Assembly (NCBI GenBank): GCA_009787445.1 | Contig: WRFX01000025.1 | Coordinates: forward strand, 1 to 21,198 | Length of the DNA: 21,198 bases | DNA from: Chitinivibrionia bacterium | GTDB lineage: Bacteria; Fibrobacterota; Chitinivibrionia; Chitinivibrionales; Chitinivibrionaceae | Reading direction: 5' to 3' | Shown here: piece by piece, positions 15,956-21,198 of the stretch | How the letters are laid out: the number at the start of each line of letters is the position of its first letter | Position numbering within the stretch: position 1 is the stretch's first letter | Program-made: the position numbers and the translations under genes | The notes under the pieces: model-generated | The model's input: only the letters and a program-made list of their open reading frames with translations | Databases searched by the model: none | Told to the model about the DNA's origin: nothing

Positions 15956-18532
15956 ATGATATTTTACAGATACATAGTAAAAGAATTTATGCGTCCGTTT
16001 TTATACTCGGTCGCGGTGATTTTTATAGTTTTTTTTATGCAACTCGTCGCGCAAATTTTACCGAGAGTATTATATAGAGGCGTTTCGTTTGAGATAGTTG
16101 CGGAATTGTTGGTCGTGAATATGGCAGCTATAATTTCTTTGGCTTTGCCTATGGCTCTTTTAATTTCGTCGCTTATGGTTTTTGGAAAATTATCGTCCGA
16201 CAACGAATATACCGCAATGAAATCGGTGGGAATGAGTTTGTTCGATATGTTGCCGCCGATAGTCAGTTTAAGCGCGATAATCGCCGTACTTTTAATGATT
16301 TTCAACAGCAATATTTTGCCCAACGTAAATCATCACGCGGCGCAACTTATGTCGGATATTATGCGAAAAAAACCCGCCGCGCTTATCGAGCCGGGAGTTC
16401 TAATAAAGGATTTTCAGGGTTATGCGATAAAAGTGGATTCGGTAACGACGGGAACGGGAAATTTATACGGAATTACTATTTTTACGACGCAAAACGACCA
16501 AATTCCTATGGTAAGCGTAGCGGACAGCGGAACGCTTTATCTGACAAAAGACGAAAAATATTTGGAATTGACGCTTTTTTCGGGGCAGACGATTAGCGAA
16601 AACATAAGCGGCGAAAGCGGCGGAAGCGAGGCGAATTTTTTTAAGATAAATTTTGAAAAACAGACGATTTTTGTAGAAAATATAGACAGCGAATTTACCC
16701 GAAGCGATTTGCACAATCGCGGAAATCGCGAAATGGCAAACAAAGAACTTTTAGATGAAATTTCCAATTATAACGAAACGATTTCAAACGAAATAATTTC
16801 GTTTAACGACCGACTTTTAGAAATTACCGAAAGAATAGACGACGCTGCGTCCGATACGTCGGCGATTCTTTATATGGACGATTTTTCTCAATGGTATTCG
16901 GCGGTAATCGCCCGTTTGGGAAGTAGAAACGTTAGCGAAATAAAAAGCGAAATAAATTTCACAAAAGCCAGATTGCAAAGAATCGACGAGTATAAAATCG
17001 AACTCAATAAATACAAAATGGAGATTTATAAAAAATATTCGCTTGCAGTCGGCGCGGTGATTTTCGTTATTTTGGGCGTTCCTTTGGGAATAATCGCGCG
17101 CAACGGAAGCGCCGCAATCAGCGTGAGTTACAGTTTGATATTTTTCATTTTTCACTGGACGTTTTTGATAGGCGGCGAATATTTGGTAAATCAGGGAAAA
17201 CTTATTCCCAGCGTCGCTATGTGGGGAGGAAACGCGATTTTTGCGCTCGTCGCCGTGTGGCTTTTAAGAAAGGTGTCGGGCTACGAAAGCAAGTTTAATA
17301 TATTGTCCGTTTTCGGCGCGTTTGCGGACGTAGTTAAAAAGTTCTTCAAAATAACGAAATTAAATCTTGTTTTCGGTTTTGTAAAAACGCTTTTAGGATT
17401 ATTTGCGGATTTGCCGAGAATTGTCCTGAAACTGTTTTTATCGACTATTCCCGCGTATATTATCGGACGATTTTTCTCGTATTTTTTCGTAACGACAATC
17501 GGACTTTGCGTTATTACGGCGGTTATCGATTTTGTAGGAAACATTCATACGTTTACGGGGGCGAAAACTCCCGAATTAGTTAATTATTACTTATATTTTG
17601 TCGCGTCGTTTCTGTCTATGCTTTTGCCTATCTCTATGCTTTTGTCGGTTATGCTTTCGGTGGGTTCCTTCGCGAAAACAAACGAATTGACGGCTATAAA
17701 ATCGGGCGGAATAAGCATCGCAAAAATGACTTCTCCGCTTATACTTATAGGATTTATTATCGCCGTCGGGAATTTTTTCTTCAACGAGACGTTTTTGGGC
17801 AACGCGAACGAAAAATTGGAATTATACAGAAACACGTTTTCCGCTCGGCAGCAAGGACGACCCATTCCGACGGAAGTCGTAGAATTTCGCCGAAATTTTT
17901 ATTATTTTTCCGATGAAAATACCGCCTATTATTTCAGAAAAATCAACACTTCGCCCGCAAACGGCGAAACGGTCGTGCGTTATTCTTTTGAAAATAACAG
18001 AGTAAAAAGTATTGCGACGTCCGATTTTTTGGAATATTCTACCGAAAAAAAACAGTGGATTATGCCCAACGGACAGGAAAAAATTCTGCAACGGGACGGC
18101 GAGGTTTTAGCGAATATTTTGACGCAAAATATACTTTTAGACCTTAATCAGCCGCCAAGCGATATGGTAAAAACTATACGAAGAATAGAAATGATGAGTT
18201 GGACGGAATTGCAAAAAAGAATGGAAAATGCAAAACAACGCGGAGAAAAAACGCAAAAGTATTTGGCAGATAGTAATTTTAAGTTTTCCTTGCCGCTTAT
18301 GAACGTAATTGTCGTGCTTGTCGGCATCGCGGTAACAGCCCGCTCGACCAAACGCGGAGGCGCCGTGCATTTTGGAGCGGGACTTGGATTTGTGTTTATT
18401 TATTGGGGAATCGCGCAATTTTTGATTGTGCTTGGAAGAAACGAATCGGTAGACCCGATAGTCGCGGCGTGGAGCGCGACGGCGCTTTTTACGATTTTAG
18501 GATTTTTTCTTTATACGAGGGCTTCGAGATGA
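15956..18532 (+). CDS. Fused LptF-LptG-like LPS export permease (two tandem YjgP/YjgQ-family modules), 858 aa
   Basis: The first module begins MIFYRYIVKEFMRPFLYSVAVIF..., the typical LptF/G N-terminus. The second module begins ~aa 470 (LPRIVLKLFLSTIPAYIIGRFFSYFFVTTIGLCVITAVID). Each module has TM segments followed by a periplasmic beta-jellyroll-like stretch. Confidence 0.75.
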   Translation: MIFYRYIVKEFMRPFLYSVAVIFIVFFMQLVAQILPRVLYRGVSFEIVAELLVVNMAAIISLALPMALLISSLMVFGKLSSDNEYTAMKSVGMSLFDMLPPIVSLSAIIAVLLMIFNSNILPNVNHHAAQLMSDIMRKKPAALIEPGVLIKDFQGYAIKVDSVTTGTGNLYGITIFTTQNDQIPMVSVADSGTLYLTKDEKYLELTLFSGQTISENISGESGGSEANFFKINFEKQTIFVENIDSEFTRSDLHNRGNREMANKELLDEISNYNETISNEIISFNDRLLEITERIDDAASDTSAILYMDDFSQWYSAVIARLGSRNVSEIKSEINFTKARLQRIDEYKIELNKYKMEIYKKYSLAVGAVIFVILGVPLGIIARNGSAAISVSYSLIFFIFHWTFLIGGEYLVNQGKLIPSVAMWGGNAIFALVAVWLLRKVSGYESKFNILSVFGAFADVVKKFFKITKLNLVFGFVKTLLGLFADLPRIVLKLFLSTIPAYIIGRFFSYFFVTTIGLCVITAVIDFVGNIHTFTGAKTPELVNYYLYFVASFLSMLLPISMLLSVMLSVGSFAKTNELTAIKSGGISIAKMTSPLILIGFIIAVGNFFFNETFLGNANEKLELYRNTFSARQQGRPIPTEVVEFRRNFYYFSDENTAYYFRKINTSPANGETVVRYSFENNRVKSIATSDFLEYSTEKKQWIMPNGQEKILQRDGEVLANILTQNILLDLNQPPSDMVKTIRRIEMMSWTELQKRMENAKQRGEKTQKYLADSNFKFSLPLMNVIVVLVGIAVTARSTKRGGAVHFGAGLGFVFIYWGIAQFLIVLGRNESVDPIVAAWSATALFTILGFFLYTRASR

Positions 18533-18930
18533 AAACGGATAATTGGAGATTTAAGATTGACATTGAAAAGAAAAACGCCGTAATTATCGGCGACAGTTAC
18601 GAATTGACCGATATTTTGGAGATATTTCTTTACAAAAAGTTCAATGTAATAACCGCGATAGACGAATTTGACGGTATGAAAAAAATTGAATATTTTGCGC
18701 CCGTTTGCGTTTTTGTTAAAAGCGCAAGCAACGTAACGCCGATTTTGGCTTTTGTACCAAAATTAAACGCGAGACATCCGCAAAATATTCCCGTTATCGT
18801 CTATTCGAAAGAGGAATATTCTACGATAGACGAATTTAATTTAAAAGCCGCCGGCGTGAAAGAAATAATAAAATTTCCTATCGCGTATAAGGATTTCACG
18901 ACGGTAACACAACCGTATATAAGGAGTTAA
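18529..18930 (+). CDS. Receiver (REC)-like single-domain protein lacking the phospho-acceptor Asp (pseudo-receiver), 134 aa
   Basis: The ATG at 18529 overlaps the lptFG stop (ATGA). This start is preferred over the track start at 18403, which lies inside lptFG. The REC-like pattern is AVIIGDSYELTDIL...PVCVFVKSAS...IPVIVYSKEE...EIIKFPI. The K-P motif is present, but the position that should hold the phospho-acceptor Asp reads FVKS. Confidence 0.55.
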   Translation: MKTDNWRFKIDIEKKNAVIIGDSYELTDILEIFLYKKFNVITAIDEFDGMKKIEYFAPVCVFVKSASNVTPILAFVPKLNARHPQNIPVIVYSKEEYSTIDEFNLKAAGVKEIIKFPIAYKDFTTVTQPYIRS

Positions 18931-18934
18931 AAAT

Positions 18935-20785
18935 ATGGAAAAAAAATACGTTAAAATTCTGCTTCCCGCGATTCTTGCGCCGCTTGCGATACTTTTTCAT
19001 TATCAAAAGTCGATGTTTGGCGACGTCGTTTTTTTGCTGATAATAGTTTTTTTCGTTTGCTGGATATATCGCGGTCAAAATTTGATAATTATTCCGCGCT
19101 CGTCTAACTTAAAAAGAAAAACTACAAAAATAAAAACGATAAAAATTCCAACTATAAAATCTTCGCAGCCCGAACCGTCCATCGCCAAAGAAGCGGCGGA
19201 AGAAATTGTGAAAAATTTGCAGCAAAAAAATTATATGATTTTGACCGACAAAGAAAAAGGCGCGCATTGGGACAAAATAATAACCGATATGGATTTGGAA
19301 ATAAAAAGAATTATTTCTATCGCGTCGATAGGCGCGTCAAATCCGACTAATATTTTAGTTTTTCTTCCCGAAAACGAAGATTATAGATTGCGCGCGGTAA
19401 TTTCCGAAAATAATTGCGTAAAAAACAACGTTTTAATAGAAAAAGGCGTAGGTTTTATAGGCGCGACAATAAAAAATTTGGGAACCGAAAGCATTTTGCT
19501 GAACAATATTGACCAATCGCGCGAAATTTCTTATATGAAAGAACAGGGGCTAATTCGCTCGATGATAATCGCTCCCGTAATCGCCGTAAGAAGCGCGGGA
19601 TTTTTAATTGCCGACAAAACCGTTCAAAACGGCTTTACTTTCGAGGATTCCAAAAAACTTGAAGAAACGGGAAAAGTTATAGGAAATATGCTTTATCACG
19701 CATATTTGAGCGAGCAACAAAAAATAAAAATGGAAGAATCGGACGCACTGCGTTTTATCGTTTCCGATTTCGTAAAAAGCGCAAATTCAGGCGAAATTTT
19801 AGACAAAATGCTAAAAACCGTCGAACTGTTTTTGAAGCCCGACAGAGTAACGATAAGCGTTTGCGAAAACGAAAATTCGGCGAAAATTTATCGCGCAAGC
19901 GGACACGAAAGCGAACAATTTATAAATATGCAATTTAATCCGAGTAATCGTGAAACTATCGTAGGACTTTTGTATCAAGACCATTGGGAAACCGTTCACG
20001 AATTTTCGCAAAAACGCTATCAGTTCAGATACGACGAAAACGAAAAAAGCGCGGGCAACAAATTCAAATCGTATTACGGAATACCGATTTCGGTAAACAC
20101 AAGCAAGGGTTTGATTTTTCTTGAATCGTTTCAGCAGGACGGATTTTCGCAAAACGAAATAAATCGCGTTTCCGAAATTTTGCAAACCGTTTGCATAATT
20201 CTCTACAAAACGCAAAATTTAGAAAAACAGGAAGAGTTGGCAATTCGCGACGGATTAACGGGACTTTACAACAAACGTCAATTCCAAGTTCTTTTGAAAA
20301 CCACATTTACGCGCTCGAAACGTTTAATAAATTCCCGCTCGTCTTCGGGAAGAGTAGAGCAGGAAATATCGCCTTTGGCGCTTGTGATGTGCGATATAGA
20401 CCATTTCAAAAAATTAAACGACACGCACGGGCATCAATTCGGCGACGAAGTTTTGAAAAAAGTGTCGAAAACGCTTGACACAAGCATAAGAACGGACGTA
20501 GATTACGCGGCAAGATACGGCGGCGAAGAATTTGCGATAATATTGTTTGGCATAGAGCCGTCGGCGGCTTACGAAACCATAGACCGCATTAGAAAAACGG
20601 TGGCGAGTATCGAATTTAAAAGTCCCAAAGGCGAAAAAGTTCGCACGTCTATGAGTTTTGGAATTGCGATGTACAACAAAGACGCCGAGCGCGAAGACGA
20701 ACTTATTTCCAAAGCCGACGAAGCGCTTTATCGTTCCAAACACGGCGGACGAAATATGGTGAGTATGTATAGCAGCGAATATTGA
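18935..20785 (+). CDS. Membrane-anchored diguanylate cyclase (GGDEF domain; GGEEF active site), 616 aa
   Basis: An AAGGAG RBS is present. Two N-terminal TM helices precede a central sensor region (probably GAF-like). The GGDEF domain runs RDGLTGLYNKRQF...CDIDHFKKLNDTHGHQFGDEVL...RYGGEEFAIIL. Confidence 0.85.
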   Translation: MEKKYVKILLPAILAPLAILFHYQKSMFGDVVFLLIIVFFVCWIYRGQNLIIIPRSSNLKRKTTKIKTIKIPTIKSSQPEPSIAKEAAEEIVKNLQQKNYMILTDKEKGAHWDKIITDMDLEIKRIISIASIGASNPTNILVFLPENEDYRLRAVISENNCVKNNVLIEKGVGFIGATIKNLGTESILLNNIDQSREISYMKEQGLIRSMIIAPVIAVRSAGFLIADKTVQNGFTFEDSKKLEETGKVIGNMLYHAYLSEQQKIKMEESDALRFIVSDFVKSANSGEILDKMLKTVELFLKPDRVTISVCENENSAKIYRASGHESEQFINMQFNPSNRETIVGLLYQDHWETVHEFSQKRYQFRYDENEKSAGNKFKSYYGIPISVNTSKGLIFLESFQQDGFSQNEINRVSEILQTVCIILYKTQNLEKQEELAIRDGLTGLYNKRQFQVLLKTTFTRSKRLINSRSSSGRVEQEISPLALVMCDIDHFKKLNDTHGHQFGDEVLKKVSKTLDTSIRTDVDYAARYGGEEFAIILFGIEPSAAYETIDRIRKTVASIEFKSPKGEKVRTSMSFGIAMYNKDAEREDELISKADEALYRSKHGGRNMVSMYSSEY

Positions 20786-20787
20786 TT

Positions 20788-20872
20788 TTTTTTGAAATAT
20801 TATGAAAAATCATTTTCATCGTTTAAAACAATATTATATTAAAATCGTTAAAAACAATTTTTTGAGAAAATA
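20788..20872 (+). repeat. Intergenic repeat element, copy B
   Basis: It is the partner of copy A and has an internal ~27-nt insertion (atgaaaaatcattttcatcgtttaaaa). It directly precedes the Rpn-like gene start. Confidence 0.5.
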
Positions 20873-20875
20873 AAA

Positions 20876-21198
20876 ATGAAAAACGACAACGCACAAGCCA
20901 AGCCGAAACGCAAGAAAACTGCAACATATCACGATGCGGCGTTTGCGGCATTTAACTATCTTTTGCGCAAATACGTAAAAAACGGCGACGTTACACTTGA
21001 AAGCGAGCATCAACTTTCCAAACGTCCGCCGAAAATAGATATAATTGTATTGAAGAAAAACAGAAACGTGGAAATAGAAACGAGTTGGGGAAAAATTTTT
21101 CGGGAATATAACATTATAGAATACAAAAGCCCCGTTGATTCACTGCTTTCCATATCTGTTTTCAATAAGGTTATTCACGGCTATGTAGGATTTTACGC
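20876..21198 (+). CDS. Rpn/YhgA-like PD-(D/E)xK putative transposase/recombination-promoting nuclease (5' partial; runs off the window end)
   Basis: The N-terminus is MKNDNAQAKPKRKKTATYHDAAFAAF. An HDxxFK-like motif sits at aa ~18-24. The segment IDIIVLKK...IIEYKS matches the D...E-x-K core of the Rpn (transposase_31/PDDEXK) family. This ORF is absent from the ORF track because no stop codon falls within the window. Confidence 0.45.
   Translation, partial: MKNDNAQAKPKRKKTATYHDAAFAAFNYLLRKYVKNGDVTLESEHQLSKRPPKIDIIVLKKNRNVEIETSWGKIFREYNIIEYKSPVDSLLSISVFNKVIHGYVGFY

Noticed and set aside
18403-18528. Longer start for the REC-like protein at 18403
   Set aside because: That start lies inside the lptFG coding region. 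The ATG at 18529 overlaps the lptFG stop, which is the usual coupled arrangement.
684-20872. Whole window as a composite mobile element bounded by direct repeats A and B
   Set aside because: The interval contains core housekeeping genes (hisG, fhs, lptFG). The repeats embed the general promoter motif and at least a third partial copy exists at 2190-2208.
1-21198. CRISPR arrays, tRNA/rRNA genes, integrase/att sites
   Set aside because: There are no regularly spaced direct repeats and no tRNA-like cloverleaf segments. No integrase or recombinase ORF was seen. The only mobile-element-like gene is the partial Rpn-like ORF at the 3' edge.

Overview
This is a low-GC, A-rich bacterial window with no rRNA, tRNA or CRISPR. 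The most notable locus is a translationally coupled two-gene restriction-modification (R-M) defence-like module. Its first gene (2490-5591) is a 1033-aa beta-class N6-adenine DNA methyltransferase with a DPPY motif IV and a FAGSGTT motif I. It carries an N-terminal extension of about 450 aa of unknown function, which is atypical for a Type III Mod subunit. Its central target-recognition segment has a visibly different base and codon composition from the rest of the gene. Its second gene (5588-8827) overlaps the first by 4 nt and encodes a 1079-aa DEAH-box SF2 helicase with a C-terminal PD-(D/E)xK nuclease motif, resembling a Type III Res subunit. The mod-like gene is led by an 11-codon upstream ORF with a strong ribosome-binding site (RBS); its stop overlaps the mod start. 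Upstream of this module lie a signal-peptide hypothetical protein and a nucleotide-sugar pyrophosphorylase-like gene of the eukaryotic UDP-glucose pyrophosphorylase (UDPGP) family, which contains an A10 homopolymer tract. Downstream are housekeeping genes. These are hisE and hisG on the + strand, then flotillin and formate-tetrahydrofolate ligase on the - strand. After these come a truncated fragment of a Mug/TDG-family DNA glycosylase, an operon of an outer-membrane protein and a fused LptF-LptG permease, a pseudo-receiver protein, and a membrane GGDEF diguanylate cyclase. The window ends in a partial Rpn/YhgA-like PD-(D/E)xK putative transposase gene. A ~22-nt promoter-like motif (consensus about GGCAAATAgTATTTTTACCG) recurs on the correct strand upstream of nearly every transcription unit. 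A ~70-85-bp element containing this motif is repeated at both ends of the window.
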